Source of the DNA: Octopus vulgaris
Taxonomy: Eukaryota
DNA: 64,000 nucleotides
Direction of reading: 5' to 3'
Assembly: GCA_951406725.2 (NCBI GenBank)
Contig: OX597814.1
Span: 75,888,001 to 75,952,000 of the forward strand
Position numbers and translations under genes: made by a program. The notes beneath the pieces are model-generated. The model did not search any database and was not told the DNA's origin. It worked only from the letters and a program-made list of their open reading frames with translations. This document shows, piece by piece, positions 1-12,553 of the stretch. Each line of letters begins with the position of its first letter. Position 1 is the first letter of the stretch.

Positions 1-110
1 GTTTATTTTTCCCTTCTTTGCTTACTCAAATTAACCTTAATAAGGTTTGAGCTCAGCACCAAAATCTAAAGAACATAATGTCAAGCTAATCTAATATTAC
101 TTATAAATTA

Positions 111-315
111 TGAAGGGGTACTGAAAAGTTCCTGGCTTTAAGCATTTTGCAAATGGTTTGGTTGGAGGCCCAACCTTCAGGGCTTAGAAAAGCTGAAGGA
201 TTGCTGCAATAAGTATGTGAATCTGAGAAGGGGAATATATTAAATAAAATCATAATTAACTGATCCTCATGTATTTTCTTTTACCCAAAGCCAGGAACTT
301 TTTAGTACCCCTTTG
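111..315 (+). mobile_element. Mariner-derived MITE / deletion derivative
   Basis: 29-bp inverted repeats TGAAGGGGTACTGAAAAGTTCCTGGCTTT (111-139, preceded by TA) and AAAGCCAGGAACTTTTTAGTACCCCTTTG (287-315). The interior reads GLEKLKDCCNKYVNLRRG, resembling a mariner transposase C-terminus. The right-hand TA is missing. Confidence 0.7.
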
Positions 316-337
316 GAAATGAGTATAGTAAAGAATT

Positions 338-1962
338 CCAGCCCCCTCTTATTCATCATAGTCCTCCAGGTAATAACAGAAGAATTCGAGATAGGTTGCC
401 CCGGGGTACTCCTCTATGCTGATGATCTGGCCCTCATAACAGAATTACTACCATAACTAGAGAAGAAATTTCAGGTTTGGAAGCAAGGTTTAGAATCGGA
501 GGGCCTTAGAGTCAATGTTGCAAAGACCAAAGTTCTAGTAAGTAGGAAGGTGAACACATCATAACCCCCTTCAGGTAGGTGGCCCTGCTTGATCTGTAGA
601 AAAGGTGTAGAAATTCCATAAGATGTACCCAGTGTAAGCTATGGACACATAAGAGGTGTAGCAACATCAAAGGAAGATTAACCAGGAAGATAGCTTTCAC
701 ATGCAGCAGATGCATAGGGGCAATAAACACCACAGATGCTCAGAAAACAAACTCCATCACACGCCAGGGGAAGAAACTAGAAGTAGTGGATAGCTTCTGC
801 TACCTAGGTGACCAAGTCTGTATTGGGGGTGGATGCTCAGAGAGTGTTATCACTAGATAAGAATAGCCTGGGCAAAGATCAGAAAGCTTCTACCCCTACT
901 GGTGACAAAGGGCCTCTCACTCAGAGTGAAAGGTAGATTGTATGATGCATGTGTGCAAACTGCTATGCTTCACAGCTGTGAAACATGGGCCATGACTACT
1001 GAAGACATGTGTAGGCTCAAAAGAAATGAAGCTAGCATGATTCGCTGGATGTGTAATGTCAGTGTGCACATACGACAGAGTGTAAGCATCCTGAGAGAAA
1101 TGTTAGACATAAGAAGCATCAGATGTGGCATGCAAGAGAGACATTTGTGTTGGTATGGTCATGTACTGCGGATAGACGAGGAGAGTTGTGTGAAAAAGTG
1201 CCACTCTCAAACAGTGGAAGGAATCCGGGGTAGAGGGAGACCCAGGAACACATGGGATGAAGTGGTGCAGCATGACCTTTGAATGTTGGGGCTTATAGAG
1301 GCAATGACAAAAGACCGAGACCTCTGGAGGTATGCTGTGACTGAGAAGACCCAGCAAATAAAGTAAGTCCACAGCTGCAGCCTACACCAGTGTCGCATAA
1401 CCAGTCCACTCAAAAGTACCTTGGATTGTAGGGCGACATGCCATGCTTGAGGAGACCTATTGAGTCTAGTACATCAACATCAGCAATATCAAAATCAAAT
1501 CAATGGAAATTGTAGTTGTGAGCCCCATACCAGTAGCATGTAAAAAGCACTATCCGAATGGGGTCGATGCTGAGTCAAGTACATCAACATCAGCAATATC
1601 AAAATCAAATCAAATGGAAATTGTAGGTGAGCCTCATGCTAGTAGCACATAAAAAGCATCATCTGGATGTGGCCGATGCCAGTGCTGCCTTGATAGGCTT
1701 CCATGCTGGTGGCACATAAAAAGCAATATCCAATCATGGTTGATGCCATCTCCTCTGGCCCGTTGTGCCGGTGGCACATAAAAAGCACCCACTACACTCT
1801 TGGAGTGGTTGGCGTTAGGAAGGGCATCCAGCTGTAGAAACACTGCCAGATCAGATTGGGATCTGGTGCAGCCTCCTGGCTTCCTAGGCCCCAGTCGAAC
1901 TGTCCAACCCATGCCAGCATGGAAAACAGACATTAAACGATGATGACCATGATGGTGATGAT
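338..1962 (+). mobile_element. RTE-clade LINE, 5'-truncated and disrupted (RT C-terminal half, 3' UTR, GAT tail)
   Basis: Translates across stops/frameshifts as SPLLFIIV..LLYADDLAL..GLRVNVAKTKV..VVDSFCYLG..RVKGRLYDACV..WYGHV..RGRGRPRNTW, with stop at 1364-1366. The 3' UTR has tandem modules, then CCATGCCAGCATGG and a (GAT)n-like tail. Confidence 0.93.
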
Positions 1963-2436
1963 TATTACTGGCGTCGCCTTACTGGCACTTTGATGATCAT
2001 GATGGTGATGATTGTTACTGGCGTCGCCTTACTGGCACTTATGCCTGTGCTAGTGGGGTGTCAAGAGCACCATCCGAGCGTGATCGTTGCCAGTGCAGCC
2101 AACTGGCTTCCGTACCCATGGCACGTAAAAGGGCACCATTCAAACGTGATCATTATCAACCTCGCTTCACCGGCACCTGTGCCGGTGACACGTGTAAAAA
2201 GATTCAAGTGAGGTCATTGCCAGTACCGCCTGACTGGCCCCTGTGTCAGTGGCATGTAAAAAGTACCCACTACACTCTCGAAGTGGTTGGCGTTAGGAAG
2301 GGCATCCAGCTGTAGAAACTCTGCCAGATCAAGATTGGAGCCTGGTGCAGCCATCTGGTTTGCCAGCCCTCAGTCAAATCGTCCAACCCATGCTAGCCTG
2401 GTAAGCGGACGTTAAATGATGATGATGATGATGATG

Positions 2437-2438
<2 letters not shown>
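1963..2438 (+). mobile_element. RTE LINE 3' UTR fragment (second subfamily) adjoining the tail of the previous copy
   Basis: Matches the 3' UTR of the copy at 38990-39426 (GAGCGTGATCGTT... modules, GGTTGGCGTTAGGAAGGGCATCCAGCTGTAGAAAC) and ends GGACGTTAAAT(GAT)n. Confidence 0.9.
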
Positions 2439-2475
<37 letters not shown>

Positions 2476-4339
2476 TATATACATACATGCGTTTGTGTAT
2501 GTGTGTGTGTAATGAAATAATACTGTATAATAATAAATTAGCATTTGTAAGAAAGAAAGAAAGCAATGTTAGCAGATGAACAGATAATAACATTTCTGGT
2601 AGACTGAAACTGAACCAGCACTTCATGTGCAGCAAGTTTCATTAAAAGAGCAGACAAAACATACATAAAAGACAGGCACAAATGATATAGATAACAGAGG
2701 TAGTGGTGGTGGTGGTGGTGAAGGGGTTGCTTGAATTGGCAGATGTGTCATATTAGTCAAGTGAACTGACATGGAGGGGTTATAGATAGCAAAAATGGCT
2801 GAATTTAGCAATTGTTGAGAACATTGACAGTACACACACACACATACACACACGCATACACACACACACACACACACACATATGCACACACATGCTCACA
2901 CACACATTTTCCTTCCTTACAAATAGACATTCAAATAAGACGTTTGAGATGTATGTGATAACTTATGAAAGCATAACAGAAGCAAGGAAGCTAGGAGTAA
3001 ATATGTTGACAATAAACATGAATAATATATCAGTCAATACATTAATTCCTTCTCCTGTGAGAATATTCACTATTTGCCTTATACCACAGCACTGTTGATA
3101 TGTCAGTGGTGAAGCAACATAAATACACACACAGAAACAAACATATACACTCATGCCCACAAACTTATTCACATAATACATGCCTAAATGCACAACTACA
3201 TGCACACACAGGCATATAAGAAAATACAAAACATATTCTTTGTTGTGTAAAAGATAGCTGTACAACTGCAAGTTAATTTATCAATCAACTTTTACAACCT
3301 TTGGTTTAATATCAGCCTGTGTCCATTCTCTGTCTATTTTGCTCCTCTGAAATTATCAACTTGTGAACACTTTCATAAAGATTGCAAGTTCTATTCTCTC
3401 TCAACTCATCTCATTCCACTGACTCTATCTTAACCTTTCTCTCCAGATCGTATAATAAATATTTTACCCTAATCTTCTTCAAAAGGTTTTCATTCATCTG
3501 AAACTTCCTTTCTCTTAATGTTTCCTTCCGGTTCATTATTCTCTAGCAATTATCCATATTAATTTCATATTGAATAACCTACCCTGCTCTTTTCTATGGC
3601 ATTACACTTCTGCTTCAACAAAAAAGCAATGAAAATAGCAGAAAAGTATGTTACCCTGCTGAATATTACAACCTAGCTTTTGGGTACCTTTAGTAGAATC
3701 CAGTCTGATATAAGCATTTGGACCACATCTCTTTTCTGAGGATAGTTGTGAGATTTCCTACATCAGTTATGGCATCTTTGCCAACTCTCATCAAGTTCAG
3801 AGTCCTTGAGAAGATCATGAGCACTTCCCTGTCTCTTTTAATGAAGTCTGTTTGGCATCAAGTTATTATTTCTTATTTTTTCTGGTTCTATTAGGAAAGT
3901 AGAGAGTAGAGATGACTGGTGTGACAAGAGTTAGGCAATCAGCTCATCAGGCAGTAATTCTTATTCTGCCTCTTTGAATTTTGTTGTGTCTGTGATTACA
4001 ACAGCTCTCAATGCATGTGCTTAACTAGCTTTAAGGAGTTACTGCATTCTATTACTACTATCCATTGTTAAAGGTGTAAATGCATGCACAATAGGTAATG
4101 ACCATCAATCTGTTAAAAAAAAAGATTAGTTTGCTGCTTGATTATTACATATGCTGATGGTATTTCAAAGCTCCTATTTTGTTCACTTGTAACCAAGCTG
4201 GTAAGTGAGTTGGTAATACAGTTTAACTGTTGTAATTGACTGAGTGACTTTACTGTCCTATGGAAGTTATTAAAAGTTAAATTTCAGTTTGAAGCTCTTA
4301 ACCCTATATCACATGTCAATTTACATTTACGACACTACA

Positions 4340-5950
4340 ATTTTGACCTAAGTTGACTCATTATAAGCCTGTCACCACAGTATGTGGCGAGAAGAAGCTG
4401 ATAAAATCAAAATTACTTTACATTAACAGTGAATGAGGTAAATATTTATATACCAATTTCACATGTGAGAAAGGTAAAAATGCATATGCTGATGTCATAC
4501 AAAGTTTTGATAATTTCTGTACACCAAAAATTAATCTCTTTAATGTTAGAAATCAGTTCCATTTTACAAAACAAAATGATAGATGAAACTGAGAAAAAGG
4601 TGTGTGCAAGTGAGTTTAATGATTTGACTGACAGTTTAGTTTTGGATACATCGACCCTTGGTCATTGATATACAAACACACAGAAACTGACAATCTTGTT
4701 TTGTCTGAAGCTATAGTCATTGTATCAAGAATTGATGAAACCAACAGAGAATCAAGTAGTGATAATGTTATGCACACTGTTGAATATGTAGGTGGGAGTA
4801 TCTGAAAGTACAAGATGAACTAATGCATATCCAGGGCACACTAGTCAAAAGCTACAAACTTGTTACTTTCTAGGTAATGAAAGAAATACTTAACTATATA
4901 CACGTACAAGTCATATTTAGGTGTATCTAAAGAGAACAAGAAAATTACTACATTGGCATATGATGCTAGCAGACATCATTGATCTGTTTGATAAATATAA
5001 TGCTTGCATGCAGCACCAAAGACACTGAAACAAAGAAATGCATAAAACAGTATCAATGCTGGAGTTACTATGACTAACTGTGAGGGAATATTTTTTTATT
5101 ACAAGAAATTTCAACTTCTTGTATTTATGGACTAGTATGGTGAATCCATTGACTATTATACTCTGTTACATATAAAAAAAAATCAAACGGTCATTAATCA
5201 CTGCAAATCTCAGTCTGTAAGACTGTGAAACCTGTGACAGACAATGGTGACTAATTTGGCAACTGTTTGTTCAAAGAATTCTCAAACACTTGACATTTTG
5301 AGCCTGGAATTTCCAGATCTCCATATCCACATTCTAATAGCATGATAGAGTAAGTCTTTGAAATTTTGAAATCACTACCAGCGAGAACAGATGATCCAAA
5401 CCTTTCCCTTTTAGATTATTGTAATATATACAAATCATGGAATTTACCTGTAGTTCTGTTATTTGGTTAAAGATCAAAACCTTACTACCTATTGCAATTT
5501 CCCATTGAAACTTTGTATATCTGGGTACTCAAAACCTCATTTAAAGGTAGGAAGGGCAAAAGCTTATATGTATATTAACAAATCAAAGACGTCCTCCCCA
5601 CCACACACACACACTCTAAAGAGGTGAGAAACAGTGCAAATGACTACAAATGGGTGGGCACCAGAAAAGATCAGTAAAAGAATAATATAGTCAGAATAAC
5701 TATCAAGAAAACAGAAAGCAGCTTTGCAAATAAACAGATGCAAAACTATCTCTACTCAATAACTCATGATGAATCTAATGCGGTTCCTGATCTTATGAAA
5801 TATGCTACACTTACAAGCAAATCAGTAAGCACTCATTCACCTACAGACTGAAAAAGTTAGATGCAGAATAACTGGAGAACCAATAAATGCTAATCCACCT
5901 GCTACAAAGACAGTGGGAGAAAGAGCCAAAAGCCATCTGATCTAACAATA
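4340..5950 (+). pseudogene. Decayed Ty3/Gypsy pol relic (RNase H end, integrase zinc-binding and core domains, C-terminal tail)
   Basis: Manual translation across stops/frameshifts: THYKPV (~TDHKPL, 4356), KGKNAYADVI (~PGK.N..AD.L), YLGV..YWHMMLADI..ACMQH (integrase Zn region, ~4915-5020), VTDNGD*F..FKEF..SPYPHSNSMIE..DPNLSLLDYCN..LLFG (~5234-5470), YQENRKQL, KDSGRKSQKP (~TRSGR..KP, ~5906). No LTRs recognised. Confidence 0.72.
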
Positions 5951-6272
5951 AACTACCACTGTTAGATACCTGTCTAAAACTTACTGTTGACATGTCTAGG
6001 CAACCTTTTCTTTGTGATTCTTTTAATGTTTACTTTTCTGTTTTTGATTTTTATGCTGTGTACTGTGTAAATACTTCTAGCCTTCTTTGCTAGCTTTCTT
6101 TACTTAACTTATATGTCAGCTCTCTGTCCCTTCTTTTAACCTTGTCTGGTGAGTTGTAATGAACCTGAGCAGTGTATGGAATAAGCTCATCATCAATGGC
6201 ATTGACATTGGCACCACCACTTTCTTCATTATCATTATAGTTATTATCATTTTTATCATTAAATAAAAGAAA

Positions 6273-6313
<41 letters not shown>

Positions 6314-6495
6314 GCAGCAAGCTGGCAGAATTGATAGCATGCTGGACAAAATGCTTTGTGACATTTTGTCTGTTCTTTACATTCTGAGTTCAAATTTCAC
6401 TGACATAGCCTTCACCTTTCATCCTTTCAAGGTTGATAAAATAAAGTCCCTTCCCCTAAACATGCTGGCCTTGTGCCTTTGGTAGAAAGGATCAT
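6314..6495 (+). mobile_element. tRNA-headed SINE, family A (internally deleted)
   Basis: Head GCAAGCTGGCAGAA (A-box-like), GAGTTCAAAT (B-box-like), CCTTTCATCCTTTC body shared with >10 copies in the window; flanked by (ATT)n. Confidence 0.8.
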
Positions 6496-6680
6496 TGTTA
6501 TTATTGTTGTTGTTGTGCATTTGAAATGCAGAGATACTATCAAGTAACACAAATTCTGGTTAGCCAGATAAACATTTTTCTAAGTATTACAGAATTAAAA
6601 ACCTTAATTTCATTTGCAGTAGACAATCTATAGAAAGTAAAAAAATGTATTATGAGTTGTCTTTTCTTACACATTTCATG

Positions 6681-6719
<39 letters not shown>

Positions 6720-6748
6720 TGTGTGTGTGTGTGTGTGTATACATATAT

Positions 6749-6784
<36 letters not shown>

Positions 6785-6842
6785 TACATCTATATATATA
6801 AAAGAGAGTTTGTGTATGTGTATGTGTTTGTGTGCGTGTGTG
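6681..6842. repeat. Compound (TA)n/(TG)n/(CA)n microsatellite
   Basis: Directly visible dinucleotide runs. Confidence 0.97.
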
Positions 6843-7153
6843 CTCCTTATGCATTCAAAAACTGAGTTGCCAATTTTGACATATGAGGGGTCAAAAGATT
6901 CAGTAATCTTTTGGCTACCAAATAAATTTTCATTTATATATTTTCTATGTTATCTCAACAACCAGCTATAGTTTTTTGAAAGACACTGCTTTACAATGAC
7001 CGGGTTTCATTAGAAAGTGAAAATAGTTTCACACTTTTAATTTGAACCTAAATTACAAAGTGTTGCATTTCAAGAGTGACAATGTGTGAATATTAAAAGT
7101 AATGTTTCTCCAAATTAGTCACATTTGTACTATAATAAAGAAAGCTGCTTATC

Positions 7154-7154
<1 letters not shown>

Positions 7155-7209
<55 letters not shown>

Positions 7210-7221
7210 CTCTTTCTCTCT

Positions 7222-7296
<75 letters not shown>
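7155..7296. repeat. Compound (TATC)n/(TC)n/(TA)n microsatellite
   Basis: Directly visible. Confidence 0.97.
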
Positions 7297-7297
<1 letters not shown>

Positions 7298-7704
7298 TCT
7301 TTACTCCTTACTCTTTTACTTGTTTCAGTTATTTGACTGCAGCCATACTGGAGCACTGCCTTTAGTCGAGCAAATCAACCCCAGGACTTATTTTTTGTAT
7401 GCCTAGTACTTATTCTATCGTTTTCTTTTACCGAACCGCTAAGTTACAGGGAAGTAAACACACCAGCATTGGTTGTCAAGCGATGTTGGTGGGGACAAAC
7501 ACTGACACACAAACACATATATATATACATATACATATATATGACAAGCTTCTTTCAGTTTCGTCTACCAAATCCACTCACAAGGCTTTGGTCAGCCCGA
7601 GGCTATAGTAGAAGACACTTGCCCAAAGTGCCATGCAGTGGGACTGAACCTGGAACCATGTCATTGGTAAGCAAGCTACTTACCACACAGCCACTCCTGC
7701 GCCT
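7297..7704 (-). mobile_element. tRNA-headed SINE, family B, full length
   Basis: Minus strand begins AGGCGCAGGAGTGGCTGTGTGGTAAGTAGC (A box) ... GGTTCAGTCCC (B box), has an internal TA/TG microsatellite and an AGTAAAAG-type tail; inserted in (TA)n. Sister copies at 26318-26689 and 46300-46520. Confidence 0.88.
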
Positions 7705-7828
7705 ATATATATAAGCGATAAAGTTGAATTTGTAAGCACACATACACACATACATGTTCATTTCATATACATGTACATATATCTTTCACTTTCTCCTCTC
7801 TTTCACTTTCTGCTAACTTCAAAGCATA

Positions 7829-9955
7829 TCACCATCGTCGTTTAATGTCTGCTTTCCATGCTAGCATGGGTTGGACGGTTTGACTGTGGGCTGGCAAACC
7901 AGATGGCTGCACCAAGCTCCAGTCTTGATCTGGCAGAGTTTCTACAGCTGGATGCCCTTCCTAACGCCAACCACTTTGAGAGTGTAGTGGGTGCTTTTAC
8001 GTGCCACCGGCACGGGGGCTGTTAGGTGGTACTGGCAATGACCTCGCTCGAATTTTTACACATGTGCCAGTCAGGTGGTACTGGCAACGACCTCGATCAA
8101 ATTTTTCAGGCCAGAGAGGCAGTACTGGCAACGACCTCGCTTGAATTTTTTTACACATGCCAATGGGATGGGGCTCTTGGCACCCTACTAGCACAGGCGC
8201 AAGTGCCAGTAAGGCAATGCTGGTAATGGTCCCGCTCGAATGGTGCCTCCTACATGCCACCAGCACAGAAGCCAGTTAGCCACTCTGGCATGATCACGCT
8301 CAGATGGTTGTTCTTAGCACCCTACTAGCATGGGGCACAAGTGCCAGTAAGGCGAGGCTGGCAATGATCACGCTTGTATGGTGCTCGTGCCCATCATTGA
8401 ATTTCCCTTTGATTTTGATTTCGGTTTCGATTTCACTTGCCTCAACAGGTCTTCGCAAGCAGAGATTAGTGTTCAAAGAAGGAAAAGGTACGCACAAGTG
8501 GGCTGGTTACACCCCTGGCACAGGCAAATGAGGTTATGGTCTCATTTGGTTTGCTGGGTCTTCTCAAACACAACATATTTCCAAAGGTCTCGGTCACTAG
8601 TCATTTCCTTGATGAGGCCTAAGGTTCGAAGGTTGTGCTTCACCACTTCAACCCAGGTCTTCCTGGGTCTACCTCTTCCACAAGTTCCCTCAACCGCTAG
8701 GGTGTGGCACTTTTTCACACAGCTATCCTCATCCATTCTCACTACATGACCATACCAGTGCAGTCGTCTCTCTTGCACACCACATCTGATGCTTCTTAGG
8801 TCCAACTTTTTGCTCAAGGTACTTACACTCTGTCGAGTATGCACACTGACATTACACATCCATCGGATCATACTGGCTTCATTCCTTGAGAGCTTACGCA
8901 TGTCCTCAGCAGTCACAGCCCATGTTTCACTGCCATGTAGCATGGCTGTTCGTACACATGCATCATACAGTCTACCTTTTACTCTGAGCAAGAGGCCCTT
9001 TGTCACCAAGAGGCCCTTTGTCAAAGCTCTCTGAACTTTGCCCAAGCTATTCTTATTCTAGCAGCTACACTTTCAGAGCACCCTCCCCCGCTACTGACTT
9101 GGTCACCTAGGTAACAGAAGCTATCAACTACTTCTAGTTTTTCTCCCTGGAATGTGGCGGAAGTTGTTCTCTGCGCATTGTCAGTGTTTATTGCACCCAA
9201 GCATCTGCCATATACAAAAGCTATCTTCCCAGTTTGATATTACTGCACCTCTTATGTGTCCATAGCTTACACTGGGTACATCTTATAGAGTTTCTACCTA
9301 CTCCTCTACTACAGATCGAGCAGGGCCATCTTGAAGGGATTTGTGGTTTGCCTGCCTTCCTGCTTATTAGGACTTTGGTTTTAGCTACGTTGACTCTAAG
9401 GCCCTTTGATTCTAATCCTTGTTTCCACACTTGAAACTTCTCCTCTAGTTCTGATAGTGACTCAGCAATTAGAGCAAGTTCATCAGCATAGAGGAGCTCC
9501 GAGGGGTATCATGTCTTGAATTCCTCCATTGAGGAACTATGATAAATAGGAGGGGGCTGAGGACTGAACCTTGGTGGACTCCTACCTCTACCCTGAATTC
9601 TTCACTGTACTTGTTGCCAACCCTCACCTTACTGAAAGTGTCCCTGTATGTGGCTTGCACAGCTCTCACTAACCATTCATCTATCCCTAGTTTCCTCATT
9701 GACCACCAGATAAGGGATCGGGGGACCCTGTTAAAGGCTTTCTCCATGTCAACGAAAGCGAGGTACAGGGGCTTATCTTTGGCTAGGTATTTCTCCTGCA
9801 GCTGTCTTACCAGAAATATAGCATCAGTGGTGCTTTCCCTGGCATGAAACCAAACTGCATCTCATCCAAACTGACTCTCTCCCTAATTAGTTGGGCTATG
9901 ACCCTCTCCGTGACCTTCATTACCTGATCCATCAGCTTGATACCTCTGTAATTAT
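7829..9955 (-). mobile_element. RTE-clade LINE, 5'-truncated, most of the RT domain plus 3' UTR (frameshifted)
   Basis: Minus strand NYRGIKL..QFGF..FVDMEKAFNRVPR..VGVHQGSVLSPLLF..LYADELAL..PHD-like insert..DSFCYLG..WYGHVVRM..GRGRPRKTW (ORFs 9469-9747, 9221-9430, 8542-9045). Terminal palindrome CCATGCTAGCATGG at 7856-7869. Confidence 0.95.
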
Positions 9956-9960
9956 TTTAT

Positions 9961-10738
9961 CCGAGACCTTTGGAGTTATGCTGTGCTTTAGAAGACTTGG
10001 CAAGCCAAGTGAGATCATAGTTGTGGCCAATGCCAGTGTCACATAACTGGCCCATTTAAAAGTACCCTTCAATCATCAGGCAATATGCTGTGCTTGTAAA
10101 GACCTGTTGAACCAAGTGAAATCATAGTCATGGCCAATGTCAGTGCCACCTGACTGGTTCCATGCTGGTGGCACATAAAAAGCACCGTTTGAGCATGGCT
10201 GATGCCAGTGCCATCTGACTGGCGCCCATGCCGGTGGCATGTAAAAAGCACCATCTGAGCATGACTGATACTAGTGCTGCCTGACTGGCTCCCATAGTGG
10301 TGAAACATAAAAAGCACCCACTACACTCTTGAAGTGGTTGGCGTTAGGAAGGGCATATGGTTGTAAAAACCTTGCCAAAAGGGTGGCAAGCTGGCAGCAA
10401 CGTTAGTACGCTGGGCTAAATGCTTAGTGGTATTTCGACTGCCTTTACATTCTGAGTTCAAATTCTGCCGAGGTTGACTTTGCCTTTCATCCTTTCGGGG
10501 TCGATAAATTAAGTACCAGTTAAACACTGGGGTCGATCTAATTGACTTAATCCCTTTATTTGTCCTTGTTTGTCCCCTCTATGTTAGCCCCTTGTGGGCA
10601 ATAAAGAAATAAGAAATCTTGCCAAATCAGATTGGAGCCTGGTGCAGCCTCCCGGCTTGCCAATCCTCAGTCAAACCATCCGACCCATGTCAGCATGGAA
10701 AGTGGACATTAAATGATGATGATGATGATGATGATGAT
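9961..10738 (+). mobile_element. RTE LINE 3' end (3' UTR with ~60-bp modules, (GAT)n tail), interrupted by a SINE
   Basis: Homologous to 1315-1960 and 45120-45738; ends GGACATTAAAT(GAT)n. Confidence 0.9.
10380..10613 (+). mobile_element. SINE family A variant with alternative 3' tail and 13-bp TSD
   Basis: Family A head and body; tail ..CCCCTTGTGGGCAATAAAGAAATAAG; flanked by AAACCTTGCCAAA (10367-10379) and AAATCTTGCCAAA (10614-10626). Confidence 0.9.
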
Positions 10739-10740
10739 AT

Positions 10741-10802
<62 letters not shown>

Positions 10803-11354
10803 TATATGTACACACACAATAGATGTATATGTATATATATGTACACACAATAGGTGTCAATAAAACATCTACAATCCACTTTATCTAAACAGCTACCTGA
10901 TTAATGTTTGTTAACCATGATAAATAATAGTAGGCAGCTGAAACACTGTTATGTTGATCAGTGATTTGTTGATATATCCTAAATTCAATATCTCCTGAGA
11001 GCAAATTACTTGTAAAAGACTGGTGTCTTATCAATCAAAGAGGTGGTGAAATGTCTCTCATCTATTTTCAAGTCTATAAATTCCTGAAACAAAACATTGT
11101 CAAAATAATAGTGAAGAACTGCAAGCGATGACGTCTAATCTGTGCATGACATAAGTTAACATTGTATCCCATTCTTGGATTTTAGAGGCACTCAGAGTGT
11201 TTAGTGTAGCTGAAAACCTCATCAACGTCCTCTATGCAAATATGAAACACTAGGGATGTTGGTGAATGAGAATTCATTGGAGACTGCAACCTTTAAAAAG
11301 AAAGGTATCTTTGAGGGTGACTTTCCTTTATTTTAGTATTTATTATTTTGTAGT

Positions 11355-11605
11355 TGGCAAGCTGATATAATAAATAGTGTCAGACAAAATGCTTAATGGT
11401 ATTTCTTCTGGCTCTTAATGTCTTGAGTTCAAATTCTGTTAAGGTCAACATTGCCTTTCATCCTTTTGGTGTTGATAAAATAAAGTATCAATGATGTATG
11501 TAGCATAAGGTGGTGGTGGTGGTGGTGGTGGTGGTGGTGGTGATGTAAGGAACCTGCCCCAACCCTTAAAAACTGCTGGCTCTGTATCAAAATTTGAAAC
11601 CATTA
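11355..11605 (+). mobile_element. SINE family A containing a (GGT)n run
   Basis: GGCAAGCTG..GAGTTCAAATTCTG..TTGCCTTTCATCCTTTTGG..AAAATTTGAAACCATTATT. Confidence 0.8.
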
Positions 11606-12553
11606 TTTGTTATGGTGCTAATACCTATCTTGAAAACACTTAGAAAAGTCAACATTGGCAACAAACTAGGTAGAAAAGAACCTCTGAATCATCTAATTTT
11701 CATGGATGACTTAAAGATATTTGGCAAGTCAGAAAAAGAGATCAATTTACTTGCTAAAACAGTAAGTGTGTGTGTTATAGGGATATTGAAATGGAGTTTG
11801 GTGCATCAAAATATATGATTTTAGTTATGAAGAGAAGGAAGTAAGTACTTTTTAATGGAATAGTTTTATTGGAAAAAAGATCTTACAATCAAATGACAAT
11901 GGATGCAAATATCTAAGTATATTGGGACTCAATGTTGTCAAACATTAAACAATGCACATAAGAGAGAATATATATTTGGAAAGATTAAAGCTTGAATTAA
12001 AGCCCAAACTCATTTCAAAGTATTTGACAAATGTTATCAACACATAGGCAATGGGCGTCATATGTTAAAGTGCCTGAATAGTGAATTGGATGAAAGATGA
12101 AGTAAATGCATTTGAGAAAAAAAAACGAGAAAATCTCTAACTAAGCCTGGGGTGCATTATCTTAAGGTAAATGTCAGTCATTTGTGTATGAAATTGAAGG
12201 TAGAAAGAGAGCATGTGGTATTTCTGTTTGTGCGAATAGAGAACAATGATAGGTCACTACTTGCAAAGAGTGAAGAAAAACTACTCAAACATGGTGCAAT
12301 AGAACAAGAACTTGCTTGTGTTGAACTAAAAGAGAAAAAATATATCAAAGAAAGGAAATTGCTTGAAGAAGTTAAATTACATGGATAGTTCCACAGAGAT
12401 ACCATGAATATGAACAATTATGACTCATTATGGAAAGGGATTGGAGTAGAGATTTAAAAAGAGAAACAGAATATTTGTTTGCGGCATCAAGCACTAAATA
12501 CTAAATGAGGATATTTATTACACCACTTCAATGAACAAATGCCATTTATGTAA

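Noticed and set aside
3300-3950. Possible very decayed minus-strand RLE LINE (weak QG and KC..G echoes)
   Set aside because: The motifs are too degraded to call by eye; recorded only as a caveat to the strand-bias finding.
7640-7704. tRNA-like A/B boxes in SINE heads
   Set aside because: No complete cloverleaf; they are SINE promoters followed by SINE bodies, not tRNA genes.
10020-10330. Regularly spaced ~60-bp repeats with hairpins resembling a CRISPR array
   Set aside because: The units are whole tandem repeats without unique spacers, lie in an RTE 3' UTR, and the context is eukaryotic with no cas genes.
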